A stretch of 64,000 bases of DNA from Camelus ferus (taxonomy: Eukaryota): the NCBI RefSeq assembly GCF_009834535.1, contig NC_045696.1, forward strand, positions 33,668,001-33,732,000, given 5' to 3'. Below the pieces are notes generated by a model. It ran no database searches and was not told the DNA's origin. It worked only from the letters and a program-made list of their open reading frames with translations. Positions 25,751-38,175 of the stretch are shown one piece after another (position 1 is the stretch's first letter; the number at the start of each line of letters is the position of its first letter). The translations under genes were made by a program, and so were the position numbers.

Positions 25751-27494
25751 CGGTTGCCGCCACCTAACAGAGGCATGGAGGAGGACTCGGGGCGCTGAGG
25801 GGGATCACGGTGGCATCTGCTGGGGTTCCTATGCACAGTGATAACAAACAAAGGCATTTTCAGCAATAATTGCCCGAAAAGGAGCAAGGCAAACAAAGAC
25901 TCAGAAACCTAGGGGATGAAGCTCTGTGTTTCTCGTTCAGGCAAGCAGCTCATAGGTCAACTGCAGAGCTGGCTAAGTGTCAGGGCTCTGGAACTGAGCA
26001 GCAGAGCAGGAAGGTGAGGAATAGCACTTACAGCCTTGGGACTCACAGCTGTAGCAGGACTGGAGCTTGCTGTACTAAACCTGTTTTGAATCCCTTTTTT
26101 CAAGATGTGGTGGCCAGCCATACAACTTTGCAGAGTTACTAATAAGTTGAATTTAATATGGGGCAGTGACATTTCTAAGCAGGAAAAAAGGATGCTCTGA
26201 GAGACGATCTGGGGGCTCTGTGTTAAGGTCCCCTGAGCAAACCTACAATGTCAGCTGCACTCCGGCCCATGCACCCCGGCAGCATCTCACCTCACGTGCC
26301 TGCTGCTCTGCTTTCCTGCTTCACAGTTTTGGAGGGAAGTTGCAGGAAGTTTGCTCACCCCACTCACAGTCATCTTGGAAGTGTGAGATAACTAATGTCC
26401 ATAGGCACAACTCTCAACAATAATGAACAGATGTTCTGGTAAAGGATCGAGCTTTCTGTCCTTCAGAGAAACACTTCTGAGGTCCCCAGCAGGACTGAGT
26501 CCCAGGTGCCCTCGGAGTCGTGTGCTCTTCATCAGCATCTCTTCCTTCCACGTCTCATTCAGCTTTCCCTATTGCAAGGCCTGTCTACCATCATTACTTC
26601 TACAATTGTTGTATGAACAAATATGGAGTGTCCCTAGGTCCCCACTTGGGCAGGGACGTGAGCAGCTGGTTAAACCTCTAAGAGAAATGCTTGCCCTTTG
26701 CAGTATCTCACAATCTTCACAGCAGCAGCTACCTGAATCTGACGTGTTTTTAAATGTGTGAATCTAGCATTGTCAAACTTGGAGTAAAATTTTTGCTTAA
26801 AATGAAGGCAGTTCATTAAACTTTGGGAATTATAAAATTCCAGATTCAAGGTGACTCCTAATTGATTCCATTTAAAACAGAGCCACTTATCTTAAGGAAA
26901 ATGAACTTGAATAAAATTATAAGTAGGTGAGAGTATGGGTAGGCATGCTATGGTTAATTGATATGAAACATAGTCATTTTATCAGACTAGATAGGCCCAG
27001 TGAATAAATATGAACAGTTAGAACCTTTTATAAAACTTCTGACGAAATAATAATTTTATATATTATTTCTGCATGTATTAGAATCAAAGGCTTTCAGAAA
27101 AATCCTGGGATCACAGAATGTTAAACAGGAAGGATCTTAGAGAGCTTCCAGTTTTGTCCTCTGTCTTTCTGTTACCCTTCTTGCCCAGGGTAATAAAAGA
27201 GTTAGGAAATTCCATCTGTCTGGCTTCCTTCCTGAATGGACTGTGTCCCCTCCATAGACACAGCCTACTTCCATGGCTCCGTGAGCTCAAAGCTGAACCG
27301 CTGGCACCTCAAGCTTACACACAGCATGGGGTATCATTCAGGGAAACCTGTGAGGATTGCCCCCATCAAGTGAGGAAAGGAACTTCTCTGTTTTATTGGG
27401 GGGGTCTCTAAATTTTTCTTTCATATGTTTAAATAACTTTTTTAAACAGTTAAAAATTATATACAAAATACGGAACATGTCAAAAAGCAGAAGG

Positions 27495-28240
27495 TTAAAC
27501 ACAGACTCTATAGCCAAATAAACTTGGTCCCAGTCCTGGCTGTGACCAAGTTATCTAAATATTCCATCTCAGTTTCTCACCCATGCAATGGGGATGTTAA
27601 TAGGAGGAGCTGATTACAGGGCTATGGGAGAACTTGAGTGACTGAACACAAAGTTGTTAGAACAATTTGTCACACACAAACAACACAGTAAGTCTTACTA
27701 TTTTTTTTTTCGTTCCTTCAGCAACTGTTTATTGAACACCTACTGTATGCAGTCACTGACCAGGTGCTAGAAGTATCAAGATTACCATCATGGTCTCTGC
27801 CTTCAAGATGCTGAGAAACTGGGAGGAAATGAACACAAGATTGCACAGGACACCACAATAGTATAAATGAATACAGTTCCCTGGAGTAGTTTTTCCAGAT
27901 AAGATGATATTCTCACCAGCTCTCCAAGGTTAAGTAGGAGCATTCTGGGAAGTTACTGCTGCCGCTGATGATGATAATGATGATAGAAAATAGTAATTAA
28001 TAATACAATCTTTCATTAGTGGCTAACATTTACCAGGGCCTTATGATAGACCAGACAGTTCATAATATCAACATGTATTATTTTGCTTAATTCTCAGAAA
28101 GATCCCATGAGTTCAGTTTCATTTTTGTCTCTAGCCTTGAACTCAGGAATCTGATGTTCAGAGTCCTGCCATTTTCCCAAGGTCGCTGGGAGAGTAAATG
28201 GCAGAGCTGCACAGTGGACAGGGGGCAGAGATGCATTTTA
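27495..28240. mobile_element. Cluster: MIR (+, ~27495-27700), L2 3' end (-, ~27710-27950), MIR (-, ~28020-28240)
   Basis: ctcagtttctcacccatgcaatgggg; ttcagcaactgtttattgaacacctactgtatgc; ttcccaaggtcgctgggagagtaaatggcagagctg. Confidence 0.7.
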
Positions 28241-29394
28241 AGCAGTGAGATGAATAATGGAGAGCACACCTCATTGTGAAAAAGCCAGACATGTTGCCAA
28301 AGGGGAAAACATTCCAAGTGGCTTGAATACTCAGTTCTCAAGGTCTTAAAGATGGTGGCAGATGGTGAAGATTCTTAAATATTTTGCTAGAAGCTTGAAG
28401 GTAACACAGAAGGACTCAGTAGAAAAGGAGAACCTTATGGAAGTTTATGAGGAGAGAAATAAAGAGTAATTGCTACCATTTACCAAGAAATCTACATCTA
28501 TCCATTATCTCACTTAATTCTTTTAACAACCTGTGATCTATGTTTGGGAGAAAGAAAAAAAGGAAGGATGCATTTAGAAAGGTCAATTATTTTCCTAAGG
28601 ATTTGGGGAAGACAATTGTGGAGGCAGTATAACTGAGCCGAATCTTAATTGGAAGGAAGGGTAAGAGGGAGGAAATGATGAAGCCAAGTGTGACTGTAGT
28701 TTCTGGAGGAGGGCACTGAATTAGAAATGATACCATTAAATGAGATTTATAAGAGAGTTTGACAGGGAGAGGAGGACATAAGGAATTCAGGTTTGGCTTC
28801 AAGATTTTGCACTGATTATCAGACTAGACGTTTTTAGGCGGGCAGTTGAAATGTACATCTAAATTCTAAAGAGAAGAGAGAGGAAAATGGCAAGGAAGGT
28901 AATGATTTGAAAAGTATTACTGAACTTTACTTTTCTGCTTTTCTGCATGTGTAACCACCATGCTAATTGACCAGGGCTATAGGCATCAGTTGTTGGGGGA
29001 TGAGAAAATTAAAGCATGTTTCAGAAGAAATGTAAAGAGGAAAAAAGGTGGTAACAGTTACAGTATCAGTCATATTTCACAATAAGACAGTGACCTTAAA
29101 TCTCACACTGGAGACAAAAATAAATATTAGCTTGATTGCTTTAGTTTTCATTTAATATTTGAAGGGCTCAATGAGGTATTTTCCAATAGTTAGAGAAAGG
29201 AGGTTAATATAGAAAGGAAGGTGCCAGTGTGATAAGTGGAATAACACTCACTCTGACCCTGAAGGGTGGTCAGAAAATGGAGGTGGGGGAGAGAAGGAGA
29301 CTGCCTTGTGTCTCAGTATTCCCTCTCTGGGTTTGACACTGGGGGTGAGGAAAGTCTATTAAACCATTTGAGGAGAGTATAAAATTCAGGGACT

Positions 29395-29890
29395 CTAATT
29401 CAAAAAGATGAATGTACCCCAATGTTCATAGCAGCACTATTACAATAACCAAGAATTAGAAGAAATCTAAATGTCCATTGACAGATGGACAGATAAAGAA
29501 GTCGTGGTATATTTATACAATGGAATACTACTCAGCCACAAAAAAGAATGAAATAAGGCCATTTGCAGCAACATGGATACACCTAGAGATTATCATACTA
29601 AGTGAAGTAAGTCAGACAGAGAAAGACAAATATCATATAATATCACTTTTATGTGAAATTTAAAAGAATGACACAAATGACCTTGTTTATAAAACAGAAA
29701 GAGACTCACAGATATAGAAAAGAAACATGATCACTAAAGGGGAAGAAGGGGGAAAGATAACTTGGGAGTTCAGGGTTAGCAGACACAAACTATTATATAC
29801 AAGGTAGATAAACCACTGGTCCTACTGTATAGCACAAGGAGCTATATTCAATAACTTGTAATAACCTATAATGAAAAAGAATGTGTATAT

Positions 29891-29937
<47 letters not shown>

Positions 29938-30027
29938 TACACATACACACCTCTATATATACATAACAATCATTTTGCTGTACACTAGACACTAACACAA
30001 CATTGTAAATCAACTATGCTTTAATCA
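29395..30027 (+). mobile_element. 5'-truncated L1 3' end
   Basis: ORF2 C-terminus [43 protein letters not shown]. 14-bp TSD aaaRttcagggact at 29381-29394 / 30028-30041. (TA/CA)n at ~29886-29960. Confidence 0.93.
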
Positions 30028-30763
30028 AAAGTTCAGGGACTTGCGACTAACTCCTTCAATTTAGATCATTTGGCGGAACCAGTAGGCTCTGCAAACTGTG
30101 CTAACATGAGGTAGCCCAGTCTGGTCAAGAAGGTGGAGCAGCATGGTGAGAGAGACATGGCGGACACCCTCTTGGTCCTTCCATAGTTCTACAGTAGAGA
30201 GACCATATTGGAAGTTGCCAGATCTGTGAACAACCTTACTGTCATGGGATGAGTTAACTCAAATCAAGACCATGACGATGCATGGAGGAGAACTGCATGT
30301 CTCTGACAACTGAAAGTGAGGGTCAACTGAATTAACCAGATGGGAGATGGCTATTCTCCCGTAAGGACAGTCATAACCATAAATTCAAAATTTCAAATTT
30401 TAGTTTTAGAGGCATGTAGGAGGCCCAACTACAAAGTGGACAAGACTGACAGAAATAATATCAGTGAGTGTATGTGCAATAAACAGAGGGAGGCCAAACC
30501 CAAATAAGACAAAACGAAGAGCTCCCATGAAGATTTGTGAATGACATGCCCCATCCTCTATCTTGAAAATCCAATTTCTTAGCAAGTCAAGTAGGAGAAA
30601 AAGAGAATTAGCTGAGCCCAGCTTCTGTTTGCTGTCCTTACTCTTCGCTCCTATTTTTGTATTCTGCTTTTTTTCTGTCTTTTGTGGTTTTAATTGAGCA
30701 TTTTGTATGATTCTGTTTTCTCTCTTTTCTTAGCATATCAGTTATGCTTCCAAGTCAACTTTC

Positions 30764-30913
30764 TTTTTTAATTTAGTTTTTTAAATTGAGACATTGATTT
30801 AATATATTATATTAGTTTCTGCTGTAAAATACAGTGCTTTAATATTTTTATGAATTGTACTTAATTTAAAATTATTATAAAATACTCAGTATATTCCCTG
30901 TGTGTACATTACA
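30764..30913 (-). mobile_element. Very short L1 3' end insertion
   Basis: T-rich start then taaattgagac…attagtttctgctgta. 15-bp TSD tccaagtcMactttc at 30749-30763 / 30914-30928. Confidence 0.8.
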
Positions 30914-32365
30914 TCCAAGTCCACTTTCAATGAACATTTCATGGGTAGTGTGAGTATCTTAAAATGACAAAATTATCCTAATTCCTTCCCCCATCCCTTG
31001 AATTATCATTTATTTCATTTATATATAAGCATACATAGCAAAAATATAGAAGATACATACATAAGCATATATAATTAAAACATGTTTTCTATTTTTAATT
31101 TGAAAAAAAATGCTAGAACAATGAATAAGAAAAATTAAAGTTTTTATTTTACCTTTCCTTATTCCCTTTTTTTAATGTGGATCTGAGTATCTGACCTGTA
31201 TTATTTTCCTTTTCTCAAAAGAAGTTGCATTTTTTAAAGTATTTCTTGCAAAGGTCTACTGGCAACACATTTCCTCGATTTTTGTTTGTCTAAGAAAGTT
31301 TTTATTTCTCCTTCACTTCTGAAAGATAATTTTACAGGTACAGAATTCTCATCTGCTGTCCCCCCTCCCCCCACACTTTAAATATGTCGTCCCACTCTCT
31401 TCTTGCTTGCATGGTTTCTAAGGAGAAGTTGGATATAATTCTTATCTTTATTCCTCTATAGATACGGTGTTTTTCCCCCCTCTGATTTCTTTCAGGATTA
31501 CTTCTTTATCTATGATATTCTGTATTTTAAGAATGTTATCCCAAGGTGTAGTTTGCTTTTGTTTTTGTTTATTTGTTTTTGCATTTATCCTGCTTGGTGT
31601 TTTCTGAACTTCCTGGAGCTGTGGTTTGACATCTGACATTAATTTAGGGAAATTCTGTCTTGATTGTTTCAAATATTCCTTCTTTTCCTTCCTGTTTTTT
31701 GCTCCCACATGTGTGTCACACCTTTTTTTAGTATTCTCACAGTCCTTGGATATTCTGTTCTGTTTGTCTTGGTCTTTGTTCTCTTTCCTTTTTAGTTTCC
31801 AAGGAGTGCATTGATTAACACTTTAGATCAGAAATTCCTTCCTCAGCCATATCTGGTCTACCAATAAGCTCATCAAAGGCCTTTTTCATTCATGTTACAG
31901 TGTTTTTGATCTCTAGCATTTCTTTTTATTCTTTCTTAGGATTTCCATCTCTGCTTACATCGCACATCTGTTCTTGCATGCTGTCTACTTTATCCAGTAG
32001 AGCCCTTGCCATATCAATCACAGTTGTTTCAAATTCTCAGTCTGATAATTCCAACATCCCTGCCATGTCTGGTTCTGATACTTGCTCTGTCTCTTCAGAT
32101 TGTGTTTTTTGCCTTTGGTATGCCATGTAATTTTTCTTGAGAGCTGATCAATGGCAACACTGAGTAAAAGGAGCTGCTGTGAATAAGCCTTCAGTAATGT
32201 GGTGGTGAAGTACACGGGGAGGGGAAACTTTCTATAGTCCTATGATTAGATCTTGGTCTTTGAGCGACCCTATGCCTCTGGACTGTGAGCCTGACAAGTG
32301 TTTCACAGCTTTTTATCTCCCCACTTGGCTGGGACAAGATGGCTGGTGTGGGCTTGAGTTAAGTA

Positions 32366-32586
32366 TAGTTATCCCTTGGTCTCTGTGGGTATTGGTCCCA
32401 GACTGACCACAAACAAAAAATTCCAGGATACTCAAGACCCATAGTGAGCCCTCAGTAACCACAGTTCTACATTTGCAGATCCAACTGTGCAGCCATGGAT
32501 TGTGTAGTACTGTAGTATGTATTCAAAAAAGTTTATCTATAAGTGAACTCAGGCAGTTCAAACCCATGTTGTTCAAGGATCAACTG
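32366..32586. mobile_element. MER8-like TcMar-Tigger MITE
   Basis: Termini tagttatcccttgg…ttcaaggatcaactg, TA TSD on both sides, internal gcagttcaaacccatgttgttcaagg typical of MER8/MER2. Confidence 0.85.
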
Positions 32587-32737
32587 TATTTCCCTTCTGC
32601 CACGTGGAAGACTAGAGTGGACTAGGGTTGGGTATTGCCTTTCCTCACATTACTCAGGCTCTGATAAAACCCCAGCAGGTTAGATTCTGGTTACCTCGTT
32701 CCCCCAGAGGGCAAGCCTTTTTTGAAAGAACAGAGTA

Positions 32738-33162
32738 CAAGTATCCCCTGCTTTTTGAAAGTTCACTTTATGCCACTTCACTTTTATGAAAGACCCACCT
32801 TAGTACCTGTTTTTGCTAACCAAAAGAAATCCGAAGAGGATTTTAGCATTCACAAAAAAAGGAAAAAACAAAAATAATGTTCAGTGTTTGTTTTACAGCG
32901 AGCCATTACAGAGGCAGCGCATACTTGGAGCGGTGAGAGCGGTACCATCAAACTCCTTTCCCAGGACCTACATTCAGCATCTCAGTATCAAGCCATTATG
33001 GCTTTGATTCGTGTCTGTGAGCATCTGTGCTATGTCTTGATTTATTTTGTGCATCTATTAGCAAGACGTGTCCTAAGGTAATTTGCTTCTTTGCTTTATG
33101 TCTTTTCAGATTATGAAAGTTTTCATAGGAAAACCCTACTTTTAAAAAGTGACGGAAACCTG
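32738..33162. mobile_element. TcMar-Tigger non-autonomous element (subfamily tentative, Tigger9-like)
   Basis: Imperfect TIRs caagtatcccctgcttttt / aaaaagtgacggaaacctg. TA TSD at 32736-32737 and 33163-33164. Confidence 0.8.
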
Positions 33163-35099
33163 TACTCTTGGGTATTTCACAGTGGTTCCTTTTCCCTTTC
33201 CCACTGCGGGAAGCCTGAGGCTACTTTTCTCAGACATTTACTGTGAGAAGCTGGTCAAGCTCCTGGAGATAAATCTCACACTGTGGTGGGGAAACCCCTA
33301 TGACTGAGTCGCCTGGCATTTTTAACTCTCAGATTTGTCTACAGAGAGCCTCCAGAAATGTATCAACTACAGCTGAGGTTTTTCTACCCCAGCGCTGGTT
33401 TCCATGGCACTTTCTGCTGGTGAATCTCTGCTCTGATAAGCCAAGACTCCCTGTATTTGCCTTATTGCCTCTCTGGTCTTAAAGACAGCAGTCTTCCCTG
33501 CAAACTTACCTCTCTCTTAGGATGAGTTGTTGATTTTTCAGTCTGGTCAGCTTTTTACTTGTGGTTAGGACTGAGTGGGTGACTTCTAGTCTTCTCACAT
33601 GCAGAACTGGAAACTGGAAGTCCACCCACACTCTTCTGCAGTGTGCTAGCAGGTCTTGGGGGGGGGGTCACTGTATTTGTGCCTGCATGCTCGTGGATGA
33701 GAGGACGAGAAACATCACTACAGCAAAGCATTAGCCAGGTTCTTCAGAATTAGAAGGTAATTTGAGTGTATTATAGCAAGAGGGCCCTCTGGCTGGGAAT
33801 TGGCAGGCACACGCAAAACAGGACACTCCCTCTTCTTTATGCTGCCATCCCTGAGCATAAAGAGAAAGAACCCCTCGGCAGTACCCCTGAAGAAGTGCAG
33901 TAAAGTCAATGCTGCCCTCGTTGTCTGTGCATAAGCTTTCACAGACACAGCACCGAATCAAAGAGCTGAGGGTACAGGAAAAGATTTAGAGAGAATGTCT
34001 GTCTGAAATACACATACTGGTAAGATCTGATAGAAATGTTATCTCTGATATGATGAATAAAAAGTCTCCGATATGGTTATGACTCAAACCACTTTAGATA
34101 TACCATCTATGGAGGAAATATGTTGCAGAAATCTTTATCAGACACTTAAGATGGAGAAAATGCCAAAAGAACGTCTATGTTTCTTAGGAGGTCAGATGAT
34201 GAGAGGCTACAAATAGCTAAATAAGAGTAGACTGAAGAATCATTGGTTAATGGGAAATCAGGTTCCTTCATTTTGTTCTTAAAAATATTGCCAGGGACTG
34301 CAAATAACGTTGAAACCTTTAAAAGTCTCAGTTGAAAGCCAAATGTTTATAAAAATGGTTGGACCATTTCAATTGCTACAGATTTTGCAACTATGCTGTC
34401 AGGCATCCGGGATGTTCTTTCAAACTCCCTGGGCAATGAGTAGTAGGAGTAGGTGTAAAAAGGAACAAGCTTGTGAAACAGTTTAAGGTTGTCCTTCCTG
34501 TTCCCTAAACAAGCATTTATTTAACCACAATAAGGAAAAGAAACACTCTTGAAAATGTCAAGAATCCCCTCATTAGTGCTTGCGTTTGAAATTTAGACTT
34601 TGACTGCAGGTAGACACCTGGAAAAGCAGCTACTTCTAAAGAGACTCTAAAGAGAATCTTGACTCTAAATGGAAGTATGACCTTACGAACTGTAAGAATT
34701 CAAGATCTTATTGAGGATAGTGACTAGTAAAAGAGTTCAAATTTATGTTTCCAAAACTAGAATATGAAGGCAAAAAACATATAATAAATGTCTATATTAT
34801 GTTGAGGCTTTTGCATGGTACTTCATTTAAAGTAATTCTTTAACTTACATATAAATAGGAATTTATTGATGAGCTTAGAGAGGATAAAAACAAAACAGTA
34901 AGAACAGCATCAGTCAATATTCACTAAAAATCAGAGCCTGGTTCAGAGTCACCTTTGCCTTGCAAAAGAGTTTTCAACTAGTCTTTGCTTTCTGTAACCA
35001 AACCAATATATATATATTTAATAAATTCTTCAAATGTATGAGAGGATAAAACTTCAAGTAACAAAGAAATATTGAAAACTGATATAATTGTGAGGGTAT

Positions 35100-36790
35100 A
35101 GTGTGAATCGTTTTACAAGATTTTATGATTTGATCTGCACTGACCTTGTCACCAAGAACATCTAGCTTTCTCATTATATCATTGGCTTCATCACATTCAT
35201 TTTCTTCATGAGCAAGTTCTTCTCAAGACTCAATGACTTCCTATTTTAATATTATTTGCTTGATTTCTACATTGCTACTTACTCATTATCTAGAAATTTC
35301 TATGATTCATTTTCCTGAATCTGGGACATGGGTTCCTAAATCCCCTATTTTCCTTTTTCTCAGATTCAGGCCTTATTTTGCCAGAGTGCACTTTTGTGTA
35401 TTTCTTTAAGGAAGGATTTATAGGTGGTAAACTATCTGAGTTTTTATATTTCCAAAATGCCTTTATTTCTCACCTTGATTAATAGTTTTCCCATGGATAG
35501 ATATCAATTTTTTTAAACCATTTATCCTAGACATCCTTTGAAGTGAATGTGCCATCATCTTCCATCATCCAGTGATGCTTGTGAGAAACATTATGTCCAT
35601 CTTAAAATTGATCCTTTGTATGTAGCTGTTTAGTTTGTTTAGTATAGCTTTAACTTTTGTTTTAAATCCTCCTGCCAACAACTTTGAAGATCTTATCTTG
35701 TTCTAAATTTTATGATGTATCTAGTTGTGTGGGGTTTTGTGTTTTTTTCATCAAATGTTGTTCTGTACTAAAAGTATTCATTTATTCTTGAATGCACTGT
35801 TTTCTTTTGGTCTTTAGGAAATTCCACTCTGTTTTTTCTTTGATTATTTTATTCTCTCTCTATTATATTTCCCACTGCTTCTATAAACAAACTTAGTGGC
35901 CTAAAACAACACAAAGTTATTATCTGTAGTTCTGGACATCAGAAGTCCTAAAATTAAGATGTCAATAGAGCTACATTTGTTCTGGATGCTCTAAAATGGA
36001 ATCCACTTCCTTTTGTTTTCCACCTTCCCAAGGCTACCTGTCTTCATGGGCTCATGGTCCCTTCCTCAAAGCATTCAGACTTCTCCTTCTTTTATCATAT
36101 TCTCTTACTCTGACCTTCTCACCTTCCTCTAATAAAGATCTTTGTGACTATTTTGGGCCTACCAATCAGGACACTCCTCCCGTTTTGAGATCATCAACTG
36201 AATCACACTTGCAAATTTTCTTTAGCCATGTAAGGCAACATATTCACAGGTTCTGGGAATTAAGACAGACAATTTTCAGCACAACTGTTGTGTCTGCCAC
36301 ACCCTCCATTTTCTTCACTCTGCCTTCCTGAAATTCCTACTTCATAGATGTTTTCCTTCTCACAATGTTTTCCTTCTCTGTATCTCTAATATTCATTTCT
36401 TACTTTTTCATCTCTTTCTCTTTTTGTTTATATTCTGATAATTTCCTAGATTTTTTTTCTTAGAGTCTATTTTTAACATTTTATGTTGGTGATTGTGGGT
36501 TTTGTTTTTTTTTTAATACATAGCAGCTTATTTTTATTTCATAAAGTTTTCTTCTTTATTGGCTTTAAACTTGGATGTCCTTCCTCTGATTTATCTTTCA
36601 AATAATTCCATCTGAACTTTATCATTCAGAAAATTAAATATTTGTTCTGATAATGGCTTCACTTTACTCAGCTTTTTTTATTTATTAATTTTGTTTTGGT
36701 CATTTGTATTGCCATCTCACTGAATTTTCAGGACGGAAGTGAAAGTAATACATGTGCTCTGTGTTATGACTTGAACTGGAAGTTCTATCA
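35100..36790 (-). mobile_element. Highly degraded L1ME/HAL1-type segment
   Basis: T-rich tract with ggtaaactatctgagttttt…ccaaaatgcctttatttc typical of antisense old L1 ORF1 regions. Ends gaactggaagt. Confidence 0.55.
35862..36301 (-). mobile_element. MaLR MLT1B/C-type LTR
   Basis: aaacttagtggcctaaaacaacacaaagttattatc…gccatgtaaggcaacatattcacaggttctgggaatta…ctgccaca is reversed MLT1. Confidence 0.85.
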
Positions 36791-37914
36791 GCCAGGGTTG
36801 TAGTTTAACATTGCTTTACAATTAGTTAAAGATCTTCTGTGTTGAGTGGAGGAAATGATAAAAAAAAAAAAATCTAAAGAGAAGTATCTCTAGGAAGAGA
36901 AATAGTGGCAACTGGAAAGGCAGATGAGTAGCAGTGATGAGCAACACAATGTCAAAAAATAAAACAAAAAAATAAAGGTGTGAGAGATGCATCCTAGTAG
37001 CAGTGGACTGAAATTTGAAATATTTGAAACAAAATAACTACACTTCAGATGGAAGTCAAACTGACCGCCTGTATAAGGATGGTAGGATGAGAAATAAACA
37101 CAAGGCAACAAATTATGCAATAGAGACCCTCTCAATCTAACTGCCCAGTGAGAAAATAAATTTGGAACATGAGCCTTTATGGAAGTTGCAATGGTCAATA
37201 ATTAGGCTTTTAATATTTTGATGTATTAAAAATATTTAAGGATATAAATTTTAATATAAATAAGATGGTTTGAGTTATATAATATTTAACATTCTGTGTT
37301 AAACATTCAACAAAATACCAAGATGTGATACAAGAATATAGTGGGTATTTTCACCATCCAATAAGCATAAGAAGTCTGGTGTTTCTACGAGCACTGTGGG
37401 GATGAAATTTATTAGACTGGGGGTGTGACTGGACCTTCACTCGGTGCTCTGTTCCACTGTGTGAATCAGCCAAGCAGCACTAACTGCAGACAAGCCCCTA
37501 GCCAGCTTTACTGACAACACAAACAACTCTGGCTCAAAGAGGGAACAATTGCAGAACAGAACCTCATATCAGTATCAGAATCACAACTGTGCTAAAGCCA
37601 AGGATGTGGAGGAAACTATGGCTTCCTAGATTGTACTTGGGCAAGCGTGACTCCAGCACCCAGCCGGCTGATGGCCAAAGACCTGACATATTATCAAGCA
37701 AGGACTCAAAAGATGTATTAAAATGCATTCATGCAGAGGTACCCTCATTCAGGACCAGAGAGAAACCATTGGGTAACAAATGTACTACTTGCCTGCCTGC
37801 ATCAGCTGCTCTCAAAGTCCAGAGGTCCTATGCAGATGACCAACTGTAAACTTATCCCAATCCCATCCTTGCCTGATTCTTGCCACAAAACTACCTGAAA
37901 TATTCAATGTCATG

Positions 37915-38175
37915 TGCGGTGGTTTAGTGTGATGTTTAGGGACCTGCCCCTTGGATCCAGACTCTCTGTGTTTGAATCTCATTTTCTCCACTCACTAGCC
38001 ACGTGTGAGCTTGAACCAGTTGCTTAGCTTCTCTATGCCTCTATTTTTCCTTCTGAACAATTAGGATAATAAAAGCACATACCTCTTAGAGTGACTGTAA
38101 GAATTAAGAGGATCAATATACACAAAGCCCTCAAAAGAGTGCCAGCACAAATCGTCACTAAAAGAATATAAGTAT
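37915..38175 (+). mobile_element. MIR SINE, near full length
   Basis: tttgaatctcattttctccactcactagcc…gttgcttagcttctctatgcctctattttcc…gtaagaattaag. Confidence 0.8.

Larger units (their letters stand above)
23775..26600 (+). mobile_element. Degraded ERV-L provirus (LTR16-like LTR, internal region, LTR16-like LTR)
   Basis: 5' LTR ~23775-24225 ends ccttccaaataagctacc…cctcaagttctgcttttgg. Gag-like segment ~24400-24960, integrase C-terminus and dUTPase remnants 25400-25750, purine tract ~26181, second LTR ~26190-26600. Confidence 0.75.
30640..33622 (-). mobile_element. Ancient L1M (L1MC/MD-like) 5' UTR and ORF1 region hosting three nested insertions
   Basis: ORF1p remnant NFPKLMSDVKPQLQEVQKTPSRINAK…DKEVILKEIRG (31448-31708). 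L1M-type 5' terminus …actggaaactggaagtc at ~33620. Confidence 0.8.
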
